64,000 nt of DNA, taken from Candidatus Micrarchaeia archaeon. GTDB taxonomy: Archaea > Micrarchaeota > Micrarchaeia > Micrarchaeales > CABMGC01. Shown here one piece after another: positions 26,682-36,547 of the stretch; positions within the stretch are counted from its first letter, which is position 1, and each line of letters opens with the position of its first letter. The position numbers and the translations under genes were made by a program. The stretch is from NCBI GenBank assembly GCA_049976845.1, contig JBMFHL010000001.1, forward strand, positions 1-64,000, in the 5' to 3' direction. The notes under the pieces were generated by a model that had not been told where the DNA came from, did no database searches, and saw only the letters and a list, made by a program, of their open reading frames with translations.

Positions 26682-27341
26682 TTGAAATATGCAAGACCTT
26701 ACGTAAAAAGGTACTGGATTTTTGAGCATAAAAAGGCGCTGGGCTTGTCTTTCATAGTTTTTGCGGTAGTTTATAGCATAGGCCTCATGTTTACAACAAT
26801 ATTGAACTCGTTTTTCCTTGTTAATATAACCAACATATTCACTATGGCTTTGCTTCTCTTCATACTTGCAGCACTTGTGATAATAGGAAGCCTCGTTAAT
26901 GCACACAATAAAAGCACGCATATAATGAGCAAGGAGGAGCATGCGAAGCACTCAAAGCATGTAGGTATATTTTTCATACTTATGATACTTAGCTCGATTG
27001 GATTTTTGCTTCCGCTGATATTTGATGTTTATCCTGGATCGCTTCTGCTGTTATTCAGTGCAGGAGGGATTCTACTGCTTTTATATGCTTTCCTTATTTT
27101 AATATTCGATTACAAGTTTTATGAAATTGCAATTGCTTCTATATTTCTTTGGGCAATATTCATCTTCAGCGTATTTTTTGTTGCTCCTATCTATTATTTG
27201 AATGCACCTTTGTTTGAAGCAATATCTCTACTTGTATCTTCAGTTACCCTTGTAACAGTCTTTGCCGTGTCAGGGATAGTGATGCTTCACAGTGCAGCAA
27301 ATGAATTTTTGAATGATTTTAAAATTAGGAACAAGATATAG
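26682..27341 (+). CDS. hypothetical integral membrane protein (about 6 TM)
   Basis: Hydrophobic segments; GGAG SD before a TTG start. Confidence 0.7.
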   Translation: MKYARPYVKRYWIFEHKKALGLSFIVFAVVYSIGLMFTTILNSFFLVNITNIFTMALLLFILAALVIIGSLVNAHNKSTHIMSKEEHAKHSKHVGIFFILMILSSIGFLLPLIFDVYPGSLLLLFSAGGILLLLYAFLILIFDYKFYEIAIASIFLWAIFIFSVFFVAPIYYLNAPLFEAISLLVSSVTLVTVFAVSGIVMLHSAANEFLNDFKIRNKI

Positions 27342-27344
27342 TAG

Positions 27345-28229
27345 CTAAGCATATATCTCTTCGATTAGCTCCTTTTCAGAGTATATGCTGCTCATTCTAT
27401 CTTTGCTTATAGTGGGTATACCAAATATGCTGCCTCCGGATCTTGTGTTGCTTATTATGAATGGGAAGTTAAATTCGAATTTCTCTGAAATCTCTTTTAG
27501 TACTTTTGCCCTTTTTAATAAGGTTTTTGTATTTGTTTCAAGACTTGCTTCATAATAATTATTCTTGCCTTTTGCAATCACATTAAATGGCATCTTTATT
27601 GTCTCTAAAGAGCTTATATTCATGTGAAAGAAGTATCTAGACGATTTTAATTTGCCTGAAAACTCTTCGGTTTCACGATTCTCGCTTACTGCACCACCCA
27701 AAGCCTTCTCTAGTTTTTCAAAAGTATTTGAAGATGCGTACTTATTGTACTTTTCGTATCTGTAAATGGTATCTTTTGAAACCCCAACTTCATTTGCAAG
27801 GAATGAAATGCTTAATCCATTAAGGTGCCTAAAATATCTTATCTTGTTTCCGTCAATTGGGACTTTTGATCCGACCGATTTTGCGGCAATTGGCTGTACT
27901 AAATCTGAAATAAATCCTTCAAGCGAACCTAGTGATATACAATCCGTAAAAAAGCGCTTGTAGACTATGTTCTCTTTTAAATCGCCATTTTTTGATTTCT
28001 TCCCTATTATTATTGGCTTTGCGCCTATGAATTGGGCTATGTCTGAGAGCTGCTTAGCTGTTTCTTTTTCTATAGTATCTATATTTTCCACTACTTTTAT
28101 TATCAATTTCTTCCCCTTATTCTGCGCGATTATATCAGAGCATGTGTGCATGTTTTTAATTATAACTGTAATATAATCGCTTTTTTCTAGGATTTTTTCT
28201 GCGCCTTTTATCAAGTGCTCGCGCTCCAT
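27345..28229 (-). CDS. archaeal XRE-HTH transcriptional regulator (COG1395-like)
   Basis: N-terminal D.IA....LIIKV..NID domain and central HTH LSISFLANEVGVSKDTIYRYE. Confidence 0.8.
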   Translation of the reverse strand: MEREHLIKGAEKILEKSDYITVIIKNMHTCSDIIAQNKGKKLIIKVVENIDTIEKETAKQLSDIAQFIGAKPIIIGKKSKNGDLKENIVYKRFFTDCISLGSLEGFISDLVQPIAAKSVGSKVPIDGNKIRYFRHLNGLSISFLANEVGVSKDTIYRYEKYNKYASSNTFEKLEKALGGAVSENRETEEFSGKLKSSRYFFHMNISSLETIKMPFNVIAKGKNNYYEASLETNTKTLLKRAKVLKEISEKFEFNFPFIISNTRSGGSIFGIPTISKDRMSSIYSEKELIEEIYA

Positions 28230-28319
28230 GATACTATTTACTCGGATAAAAATAAATCTCTTTCATTTTTGTGTTATGATTAAAAGGTGTATTAATAATT
28301 TTTATGCTATATCTATATT

Positions 28320-29648
28320 ATGCCATCAAAAATAAGCAAAAGCAGTATTGGTGTTGGCACCGCTGCAGCAGTGGGACTCGGAGCCATAATAGGCGCAGGG
28401 ATTTTTGTGCTGAGTGGCACGGCCATAGCGATTGCCGGAGCAGGGGCATTGCTGGCGTTTATACTTGTAGGTATTGTTGCCGTGCTTGTTGCTTTAGAAC
28501 TTGGGGAGCTTGGAGCGGTAATGCCCAATAAAACTGGCGCTTCATATTCTTTTGTTTACGGGGCATTTGGCAGCGAACTTGGTTTTATGACAGGCATACT
28601 GCTCTATTTTAGCTATGCTACAAGCATCTCTGCCATTACACTTGGTTTCGGTTCGTATATGGGAAGCCTGCTTTCATTAAACAGCTCATTTGCAATTCCG
28701 CTCGCCATCGCACTGATATTTGTACTTGCTGTCATCAACATATTAGGCATAAAGAAAGCTGCAAAAATTGACTCTGTGCTCGTATATATAAAAATTTCAA
28801 TATTGCTTTTATTTGTATTCTTTGCGCTGCTGGTTGTTTCTGCTCATGGAGGGTTTAAACCTCAAAATTTTACGCTGCAGGGCGGTAACAACGGCATTGC
28901 AGCAATATTTGCTGCGAGCGTTGCAATATTCTTTGCTTATTCTGGGTTTCAGTCCATATCTACTTTTACTTCAAAGGTAAAGGGAGGTGCCAGGGGTGCA
29001 GCAAAAGCAATACTGATTGCTACTTTAGTAAGTATAATCCTCTATGTTGCGGTTATTTTCGCGCTTATAGCGCTTGTTCCTGCATCATCATATAAAATAA
29101 ATGCTGACCCTCTTTCTTTTGCGTTAGCAACTTCGCATGCTCCGAATTGGCTTTTTATACTGGTGGATATTGGAGCTGTGATTGCAACCACCTCAGCATC
29201 TCTCGCGATGCTGCTTAGCTCATCGCGCATTCTCTACCAAGTCAGCAAGGATAAGCTTCTTCCGAAAGTATTTAGGAGCTATGACAAACACAGGAATGTC
29301 GCAATAAATGGCGTAATCGTTTCTGCTGTTATAGCAGTTATCATGCTCTTCTCTGGAAATATTTATATTATTGCAGCAATAAGCAACTTTGGCCTTCTTT
29401 TTTCTTATTTGATGTCGAGCTTTGCATTAATTCATTTTAGAAGGAATGGGGTAAAGGCAAGCTTCACTTCTCCATATTATCCTTATTTGCCTGTCATCAC
29501 AATATTCCTACTTCTGATATTTATTTTGGGAATGCCCAAAGAAGCGTTGACAATAGGGGTTGTACTTATAATACTTTTATTGACAGTCTATTACTTCCTT
29601 AGAGAAGCAACTAAGAAAGAGCCTGTTAAAGTCAGGCTATTTAAATAG
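28320..29648 (+). CDS. APC-family amino acid permease
   Basis: GAIIGAGIFVL and FFAYSGF motifs; about 12 TM segments. Confidence 0.93.
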   Translation: MPSKISKSSIGVGTAAAVGLGAIIGAGIFVLSGTAIAIAGAGALLAFILVGIVAVLVALELGELGAVMPNKTGASYSFVYGAFGSELGFMTGILLYFSYATSISAITLGFGSYMGSLLSLNSSFAIPLAIALIFVLAVINILGIKKAAKIDSVLVYIKISILLLFVFFALLVVSAHGGFKPQNFTLQGGNNGIAAIFAASVAIFFAYSGFQSISTFTSKVKGGARGAAKAILIATLVSIILYVAVIFALIALVPASSYKINADPLSFALATSHAPNWLFILVDIGAVIATTSASLAMLLSSSRILYQVSKDKLLPKVFRSYDKHRNVAINGVIVSAVIAVIMLFSGNIYIIAAISNFGLLFSYLMSSFALIHFRRNGVKASFTSPYYPYLPVITIFLLLIFILGMPKEALTIGVVLIILLLTVYYFLREATKKEPVKVRLFK

Positions 29649-29655
29649 CGCAGGA

Positions 29656-29994
29656 TCAATATACCCTTGAACCTAATTTTGCTTCTTGCTCTGTAGTAAG
29701 CAATACAATTTCGCCATTTTCATTTTCTACGCCGAGAACAAGAACTTCTGATTTAAATCCTGCTATAGATTTGGAGGGGAAGTTTGTTACGCATATCACT
29801 CGTTTGCCAATGAGAGACTCTTTCTTATATAATTTTGTTATTTGTGCACTCGAACTCTTGATACCTATCTCCTTTCCAAAATCTATTTTTAGTTTGTATG
29901 CGGGCTTTCTTGCCTCTGGAAAATCTTGCGCTTCGATTATTTCTCCTACACGCATTTCAACTTTTTCAAAATCTGCATAGGATATTTCTCCCAT
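29656..29994 (-). CDS. csaA: CsaA/Trbp111 tRNA-binding chaperone
   Basis: [28 protein letters not shown] and SEVLVLG motifs. Confidence 0.92.
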   Translation of the reverse strand: MGEISYADFEKVEMRVGEIIEAQDFPEARKPAYKLKIDFGKEIGIKSSSAQITKLYKKESLIGKRVICVTNFPSKSIAGFKSEVLVLGVENENGEIVLLTTEQEAKLGSRVY

Positions 29995-30176
29995 AATGTT
30001 AATCACTTCATTGCTAAGTATATTCATGTATTATCTTCTTATCTAAATTATTATTGCTTCTCTTATAAAGATTTTTGCCATTAGCTTCTCCTCGTTTCAA
30101 ATGGACAGGGAGGATCTGAAAATTAGAATTTCACTATATATCCATTTTCTATAGACGCATAGGCCCTGTTTGAATA

Positions 30177-31376
30177 TTAGTGTGTTGACCTCTTGGAGCT
30201 GCGCTTTTTGAAGAGTATTTTATAGCTTATTCCACTTGCAAGCTGGAATATACCTCCTATAAGCAAGGGCATTGGCAATGAGAGATCCATCAAGTAGCCA
30301 CTAGCCCCTGAGCTTAGCTGCGAAACCCTGCCTGCTATGCCCTGTACGCTTGTGGCTGTGCCATAGTCTTCATTATTTATACCCCTCACGTTTACTGCGG
30401 TCCTGCTGGGGCTCCCAAAACCTGCGATTATTGCCCTTGCCACGTAAATCAACCCTGCAATTATCATTAATGGCGAAATTGCCATTGCAAAAAGCAATGC
30501 GCCGCCAATTATCCTAGAATTCGAAGCTGTGCCAAGCGCGGTGAACAGATGTGCGAAGCGCGATGATAGATAGGAACCCAGTGCAGTGGCAATATATACA
30601 ATGCTGAAAAGTATTCCTATCTGAAGGGCACTTGCATTATACATCAACTTGAACCATAGAGGCAGTAAAGGCATGAACACACCAACACCTATGCCACCAA
30701 GAGCGCTTGCTGTAACCACTTTTGCAGTGTAATTGAGGCTGCTCCTCTTCATGACCTTTGTGGTTTTCTTGGGTCTTTTAGCTTCGTTTAGGAGAAGTAG
30801 GAAGACGAATGACGCTGTGAGCATCAAAGCTGCTACCCCAAACATAAACCTGTATGCAAAGAGCATACCAAACGCTTTGCCTATTGGTGTTACAAGACTA
30901 AACATTATACTGCCACCTATTGCAAATCCTGAAGCGGTTAGGGTTACAAGCGAATATTTCATGACACGGTCCCTTTCTTCTTTGTAATTGCTTGCTATGA
31001 ATGCATTTGTGCCTGGAGAGAAGGCGCCGCGCATCCCTCCTGCACTGCCACCTAAACCACCTATGACCATGCCTATCACTATCGGTGCTACGCTTATGGA
31101 GAGTGCAATGATTACTGCGCCCGTTGTGGCGAAAAGTTCTGCAAGCAACAGCTCTTTTTTGAACCCGTATCTGTCTCCTATATAGCCAAGCAGAAGCGTC
31201 AGAAATACCATAAAAAGCATGGTAGCAGCAGCTATGAGGCCTATGTTTATTAATTTTACATTGAGTTCTGTCAAGTAAAGGGAAAACGCAAGGCTCATGT
31301 ATATGAGTGCCATGCTCCTAAATGCCCTTGAATAAAGCAGGTATTTGAAAGTTCTGTCTATGCTAGTATCAAGCAT
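30177..31376 (-). CDS. MFS transporter
   Basis: MFS motif A (GYIGDRYGFK) and about 12 TM segments. Confidence 0.88.
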   Translation of the reverse strand: MLDTSIDRTFKYLLYSRAFRSMALIYMSLAFSLYLTELNVKLINIGLIAAATMLFMVFLTLLLGYIGDRYGFKKELLLAELFATTGAVIIALSISVAPIVIGMVIGGLGGSAGGMRGAFSPGTNAFIASNYKEERDRVMKYSLVTLTASGFAIGGSIMFSLVTPIGKAFGMLFAYRFMFGVAALMLTASFVFLLLLNEAKRPKKTTKVMKRSSLNYTAKVVTASALGGIGVGVFMPLLPLWFKLMYNASALQIGILFSIVYIATALGSYLSSRFAHLFTALGTASNSRIIGGALLFAMAISPLMIIAGLIYVARAIIAGFGSPSRTAVNVRGINNEDYGTATSVQGIAGRVSQLSSGASGYLMDLSLPMPLLIGGIFQLASGISYKILFKKRSSKRSTH

Positions 31377-31597
31377 TTGCGCACCTTTGGAATAGAAGCT
31401 CTTTCTAAAATTAAGCCTCGTTGTTATTTATAATTTATCAAAACCAGGATATAGCGTGCTTCAATGTAATGCGCACTCTCTTAATTTTCAGGCGCAGTAG
31501 TAAGCTATGCAGTAATCTATTGTGGGAGTAATACTTAAAAAAAGCACGCTTAGTCCACTTGAAACTGTTGTTAGCGGCTTCTTCCTAAATAGGTAAA

Positions 31598-31672
31598 TGC
31601 TCCCGCCGGGATTTGAACCCGGGTTGCGGGGTTGAAAGCCCCACGTCCTTGGCCGGACTAGACGACAGGAGC
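31598..31672 (-). tRNA. tRNA-Glu(TTC)
   Basis: Reverse complement: GCTCCTG...TGGGG-CTTTCAA-CCCCG...CCGGG-TTCAAAT-CCCGG-CGGGAGC-A. Confidence 0.96.
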
Positions 31673-31679
31673 ACATGGT

Positions 31680-32279
31680 TTATATATATTTTCTGATTAC
31701 ATTTATAACCTTTTTATGCACAGCTTCTATGCTGCCCTCACCATTTATTTTCTCAAAGTTGTATTCCTTTGCCAGCTTTTTATACTCTTCCCTTACCTTG
31801 CTCAAAGAGTTTTCCTTTTCAAAAAGCTCAAAATTGAATCTCCCTGCAGATATTCTTTTAATGCTTGTCTCTGGAGAAACATCTATAAAGAAGGTTAGGT
31901 CTGGCATTAGGAATCTTCTGTTAATTTCGTAAAGCCACTTTGGATCAAGGCCAGAGGCTGTACCATATGCTAAAGAAGAAAAAAGATATCTGTCTGTTAT
32001 TATTATAACACCATTTTTCAGTGCGGGTATTATTTGTGTTTTGAGGTGTTGGGCTCTGTCTGAAGCGAACAAGAGCTGAGTGGCTTCGCTCGATATTTTT
32101 AATTCCCCTGCAAGAGAGGATTTGATAATGCCGCCGATTATGCCTGTAGTCGGCTCCTTTGTTAATATGGTCTTTCTGCCCGCCTTCCTTAGATAAGTCT
32201 CCAACAGCATCGCTTGAGTTGAGTTGCCTGAGCCATCAAGGCCCTCAAATGCTACAAAAAGGCCTTTTGATTTTTGCAT
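31680..32279 (-). CDS. tmk: thymidylate kinase
   Basis: FEGLDGSGNST, TKEP, LLFASDR, DRYLFSSLAY and PDLTFFIDV motifs. Confidence 0.95.
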   Translation of the reverse strand: MQKSKGLFVAFEGLDGSGNSTQAMLLETYLRKAGRKTILTKEPTTGIIGGIIKSSLAGELKISSEATQLLFASDRAQHLKTQIIPALKNGVIIITDRYLFSSLAYGTASGLDPKWLYEINRRFLMPDLTFFIDVSPETSIKRISAGRFNFELFEKENSLSKVREEYKKLAKEYNFEKINGEGSIEAVHKKVINVIRKYI

Positions 32280-32342
32280 GCCGTTACCTCAAAATAATTG
32301 TAGAGCAAATATATTTATTAGTGCTCAAAGAAAGTTATAGAT

Positions 32343-32891
32343 GTGGTGGCAATGATTCTTTCAGATTTTGATTTGAAGAACTTGATAAAGGATAAAAGAC
32401 TCATAGTGAAGCCATTCAACAGCGAAATAATAAGGGAAAATGGCATTGACCTGAGGCTTGCGAACGAGATAGCATATCATAATCCAATGCTTGGCGATGA
32501 TTTCATAATAGATCCTTCAAATGCAAAGCATATAGAAAAAGAGTATGTGATAGAGAAGAGGAAAAAATATTTCATAGTAGAGCCCAAGCAGCAGATCCTG
32601 CTCTCAACAATCGAGTACTTGAAGATGCCTGATAACGTGATAGGATTTGTAGAGTTAAGGAGCACATGGGCAAGGCATGGCTTACTAATGCCCCCAACAA
32701 TAATAGATGCAGGGTTTGAAGGTACGATTACTTTGGAGGTATTTAATGGATCGCCAAGCAGGATAAAGCTAGTGCCTAAAGTGAGGTTTGCCCACATAAT
32801 CTTTGCAGTAACTATGAATAAAGTAAAGAATACTTACAAGGGTTCTTACAGCGGGCAGAAGGGTATATTCAGACCTAAGGTCATTAGCTGA
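32343..32891 (+). CDS. dcd: dCTP deaminase
   Basis: MILSD, IDLRL, ELRSTWARHGL and IDAGFEGTITLE motifs. Confidence 0.95.
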   Translation: MVAMILSDFDLKNLIKDKRLIVKPFNSEIIRENGIDLRLANEIAYHNPMLGDDFIIDPSNAKHIEKEYVIEKRKKYFIVEPKQQILLSTIEYLKMPDNVIGFVELRSTWARHGLLMPPTIIDAGFEGTITLEVFNGSPSRIKLVPKVRFAHIIFAVTMNKVKNTYKGSYSGQKGIFRPKVIS

Positions 32892-32902
32892 CTATTTGCT
32901 AA

Positions 32903-33181
32903 TTATCTTGTTAGGTCGTTTAATTCTTCTTTGGTTGCCACATCTTGCTGCGAAGGCATTGTAGATACTAAGACTACGTCGCCCACATTCTTTACATTTT
33001 TGTAAAGAACGCTCTTCGTCCTAAGCGTTGTCTTCATGTCTCCCCTTATATTTTTCCAAGGAACCATGAGGAGTCTGCTTATTTCGCTCTTCTCTAGATC
33101 TACAATAATCCCCTGCACGTCGCCGAGGTATTGGCCTGCGTCGCTATATATATCCATGTGGTATATCTCAGACAACTTCAT
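32903..33181 (-). CDS. PRC-barrel protein (CdpB-like)
   Basis: LSE....IYSD.G.YLG.V..I.VD and Y..V..VGDVVLV motifs. Confidence 0.85.
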   Translation of the reverse strand: MKLSEIYHMDIYSDAGQYLGDVQGIIVDLEKSEISRLLMVPWKNIRGDMKTTLRTKSVLYKNVKNVGDVVLVSTMPSQQDVATKEELNDLTR

Positions 33182-33212
33182 TTCAACACCGTATACTTGT
33201 TAATATTATACC

Positions 33213-33225
33213 CTTATAAATCTTT
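33213..33225 (-). promoter_or_regulatory. BRE/TATA promoter of the PRC-barrel gene
   Basis: Minus strand AAAGATTTATAAG about 32 nt upstream of the ATG. Confidence 0.6.
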
Positions 33226-33248
33226 AACCTCTCTGTTAATAGTGGAAT

Positions 33249-34415
33249 TCAGGGTTGCATCCAGTCTATCTCATAGTATTCGTGTCCGCTTCCTGGTAAT
33301 TCTATCTGCCTGACTTTATAGTATGTTATTGCGGTTTCTCTGTCTGCTATTGCTATTATGAGCTCGAGTTTTTTATCCTTCGCTTCTTTTATGGCACCTG
33401 CAAGCTCCTTGCCACCTATGTACTCCTCCTCGCTTAAGGATAGCATCCCATATTTTGGTACATTGTTTTCTGGACTCTCTGCTTCGCCGCCCTTTCTATG
33501 ATATAACACATAATCTAATTTCATCTTCTTTTCTTTTACCTTTCCAGGTATTGCAAGTATGAATGTCTTCCTAACTGAATGCGCTACCCTTATCGCCCTC
33601 GCCCATTCTGATATCAGTAATTTTGAGCTCTTGGGGAAGACCTGCAGCACATGCTTCGAGTGAATCCAATTACTGTCTTTCACTGGCCTTGCACCTGGGA
33701 AGTATATCCTGAAATGGGTGCCGAACTTAAATCCTGTCTTAACAACATAGCCATTATCGCGCCAATCCCTGTATACTTCATACATCATCGAGAAGTCGCT
33801 TCTTCTCTGCTTTGCAAGCTTAATGACCTCCGCCAATTTGACGCCTTGAAGGGCCAATTTCTTGCGCTCCATCAGGAATACTGTTTCGTAGATGTCAAGC
33901 TTGTTTAGCTTGCCACGCTCTGGAGCCTTGTAAGAACCGTATTGGCCAAACCAAAGCTTCTCATATATTTCTTTTCCTTTGTCTGAATCTTCTATTACAG
34001 TTATAAGATCTTCTTCAAAAAACACCCCGCCAACTTTCCATTTTGGCAGCTCTATTGAAGATGATGGATACGCCTTTACTGGAGTTTTGTCTGGCGATTT
34101 ATATGCTATGTCAAATGACCTTGCTATAAGGCCCCTATCCCTCCAATCTTTGTAGGTGAAGTAGCTTGCCATCAGCTTCTTCTTTTTCTTGAAAAGCATA
34201 GCTATGCTGTTGAATGTTATTTTTTTGTCTTTGTATGTGCATTCTGCATTTCTCAAATCTACAAGATACATTGCCTCTTCTGGCATAAGCTTTAGCTCTG
34301 AATCTACTTCCATTCCGAAAAAGCTTCTCTTCAATATATCTTTTGTAGATTGGTCAGCGGCTATTATATTGCCTTTTTTCAGGATTTTTATTTCTAGCAT
34401 AGAAATCAAGCACAT
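33249..34415 (-). CDS. endA: tRNA splicing endonuclease, three-unit epsilon2 (ARMAN) type
   Basis: Repeated L...EA.YL and Y.DWR..G units, catalytic GFKFGTHFRIY..HS..RVAHSVRK, and a GQYGSYK loop. Possible start at 34400. Confidence 0.92.
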   Translation of the reverse strand: MCLISMLEIKILKKGNIIAADQSTKDILKRSFFGMEVDSELKLMPEEAMYLVDLRNAECTYKDKKITFNSIAMLFKKKKKLMASYFTYKDWRDRGLIARSFDIAYKSPDKTPVKAYPSSSIELPKWKVGGVFFEEDLITVIEDSDKGKEIYEKLWFGQYGSYKAPERGKLNKLDIYETVFLMERKKLALQGVKLAEVIKLAKQRRSDFSMMYEVYRDWRDNGYVVKTGFKFGTHFRIYFPGARPVKDSNWIHSKHVLQVFPKSSKLLISEWARAIRVAHSVRKTFILAIPGKVKEKKMKLDYVLYHRKGGEAESPENNVPKYGMLSLSEEEYIGGKELAGAIKEAKDKKLELIIAIADRETAITYYKVRQIELPGSGHEYYEIDWMQP

Positions 34416-34476
34416 TTTATGTATTTATCGCATCCAATTAAAATATTAATCCTTCTTTATTTTATTAGGGATTTAC

Positions 34477-35499
34477 ATGAATAAGCCAAGAAGAGAAAAG
34501 GAGCAACTTGCTAAGATGAAGCCAGATATACCTGAAAAACTCTTTGGCATGATGAAAAAGCAAGGGTACCATTTTGTTGGAAATCACTCTGCGGTAAAAC
34601 TATGTAGTTATACTTCTAGCAGTATGAAGAAAAATGGCACTACATGCTATAAAAACAAATTCTACGGCATAAGGAGCTGGAGGTGTCTGCAAAGCGCACC
34701 GACACTTGGTTGCAACCTCGCATGCAGATTCTGCTGGAGGATAATACCAGAAGAAGTTGGGATAAAATGGAACGAACTCAATGTAACTAATTGGAATGAT
34801 CCGAAGGTAATTGCTGACGGCCTTATCGAGGAACAGAAAAGGCTGGTAAGCGGATACAAAGGTAATGAGAATGTAGATATTGGAAGATGGAACGAGGCCC
34901 TTGATCCTGCACATGTTACGTTCAGCTTGACAGGAGAACCGCTATTCTACCCTATGATGAATGAACTTATGAAAGAATTTCACAGTAGGAAGATGAGCAC
35001 TTTTCTAGTCACAAATGGTACTCTGCCTGCTGCATTGAAGAAGCTTAAGGTCTTGCCCACGCAATTATATGTTTCTATACAGGCGCCTACAAAAGATATT
35101 TACAATGCAGTCGTAAGGCCAAAAACACCAAATGCGTGGGAAAGTTTCCAGGAGTTTCTGGATATTTTTTCAAAGCTTCCTACAAGGCGGGTCTTTAGGC
35201 TTACGCTTATAAAAGGAGTTAGTATGGTAGACGCCAAAGGATATGCAGAATTAATAAAGAAAGGAAATCCAGAATATGTGGAAGTGAAAGGGTTCGTATA
35301 CGTTGGTGGTTCAAGAAATGAAGCAAGGGGATTAAAGTATACGCAGATGCCTGGAAAAGAGGACATTATTAATTTTGCGAACGAGATCTGCAAGGAATCT
35401 GGATACATTTTTGCTGATTACCACGAACCTAGCAAGGTTGCACTCTTGTGCAGAGATGAGAAGGCAGTTGCTGACAGATTTATAAAATTTGAGAAATGA
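34477..35499 (+). CDS. taw1: 4-demethylwyosine synthase (radical SAM, Taw1/TYW1)
   Basis: HSAVKLC, CYK.KFYGI.S.RC.Q, CNLACRFCWR, SLTGEP, PTQLYVS and YVEVKG motifs. Confidence 0.95.
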   Translation: MNKPRREKEQLAKMKPDIPEKLFGMMKKQGYHFVGNHSAVKLCSYTSSSMKKNGTTCYKNKFYGIRSWRCLQSAPTLGCNLACRFCWRIIPEEVGIKWNELNVTNWNDPKVIADGLIEEQKRLVSGYKGNENVDIGRWNEALDPAHVTFSLTGEPLFYPMMNELMKEFHSRKMSTFLVTNGTLPAALKKLKVLPTQLYVSIQAPTKDIYNAVVRPKTPNAWESFQEFLDIFSKLPTRRVFRLTLIKGVSMVDAKGYAELIKKGNPEYVEVKGFVYVGGSRNEARGLKYTQMPGKEDIINFANEICKESGYIFADYHEPSKVALLCRDEKAVADRFIKFEK

Positions 35500-36547
35500 T
35501 CAAATGAGTAAATTAAAAAGCAAAAATAGCGCCCTTAACCTTAATAGGATGGACAGGATAAAGGGCAGAATAGATTACAAGAAGAGGATAAAGAAAATCG
35601 AGTATGTTCTTATAACTATTTTGTTTGCTAGCTTAGTGGTTTTTGCGGCAATTTCACTAGGTGCCATATTGAATGAAGGCCTTGGGAAGTTTGTAAACGA
35701 ATTAGAGTCTATCAACTTTTTTTATTATTCGCTGGCACTTGTGACTATTTTTATTGGGTACCTGCTGCGTTTCCCCAAATGGGAATTGTATATGAAGAGA
35801 CTTGGCGTACATTTGCCTAGAGCCAAAAATCTATGGATATATTTTTCAATGTATTCCATGGACATAACTCCTGGAAGATGGGGAAGGGCAGTAGTTTCTT
35901 ATACTATAAACAAACTAACAAAGATTAAGTTTAGCAGGACGTTCCCTGCTGTGGTAACAGATATCTTTACCGATTTCCTTGGTTTTGCAATAATATGCCT
36001 ATTCTTTGCATTTTTCGTCCATAAATACATTGCAGTTTCTATAATAATAACAGCACTATTGCTGCTTCCTTTTATATTTCTGTACAATAAGGCACCATTT
36101 GCTTTTCTAAAATCTAAGCTTATCAGATTTAAACGCCTTAAGAGCTTTTTTAATGTGGGCGAGCTCTATTTCAAAAGCAATAAGCTCCTAGGAAAAGATG
36201 TCTATGGCTACTCGCTTCTATTCACTGTGCCCTCGATGTTCTTGAATGGCCTCAGCTTATATTTTGTGATTCTGAGCTTTGGGTTCCATCTGGGTATCAC
36301 ATATATACCTACAGTTATATTCATTTTCTCGTCGTCGCTTATTTTTGGTATGATTACCGGAATTCCTGGGACTCTTGGAGTCACTGATGTTGCCATGTTG
36401 GGGGCTCTAGTAACTTTCTTTGGTGGCATAGGGATGAACTTTGGACTTGCTTCTGTCATTACCATCTTTTTTAGGATTGTTAGTGTATGGTTTGTCGAAT
36501 TATTTGGGTTCACGGCATTAATGCATACCTTTAGATACTGGAAATAG
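35489..36547 (+). CDS. lysylphosphatidylglycerol synthase TM-like / flippase-domain membrane protein (UPF0104)
   Basis: LR..KW, ITPGR.G, PGTLGVTD and FRIVS.W motifs; multiple TM segments. Confidence 0.8.
   Translation: MRNDQMSKLKSKNSALNLNRMDRIKGRIDYKKRIKKIEYVLITILFASLVVFAAISLGAILNEGLGKFVNELESINFFYYSLALVTIFIGYLLRFPKWELYMKRLGVHLPRAKNLWIYFSMYSMDITPGRWGRAVVSYTINKLTKIKFSRTFPAVVTDIFTDFLGFAIICLFFAFFVHKYIAVSIIITALLLLPFIFLYNKAPFAFLKSKLIRFKRLKSFFNVGELYFKSNKLLGKDVYGYSLLFTVPSMFLNGLSLYFVILSFGFHLGITYIPTVIFIFSSSLIFGMITGIPGTLGVTDVAMLGALVTFFGGIGMNFGLASVITIFFRIVSVWFVELFGFTALMHTFRYWK

Noticed and set aside
30096..30174. Possible multibranch RNA (ACAGGG/CCCTGT closing stem) between csaA and the MFS gene
   Set aside because: The stems are short, AT-rich and interrupted, with no strand-diagnostic G.U pattern or clear promoter. 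Compatible with chance or a simple 3' UTR.
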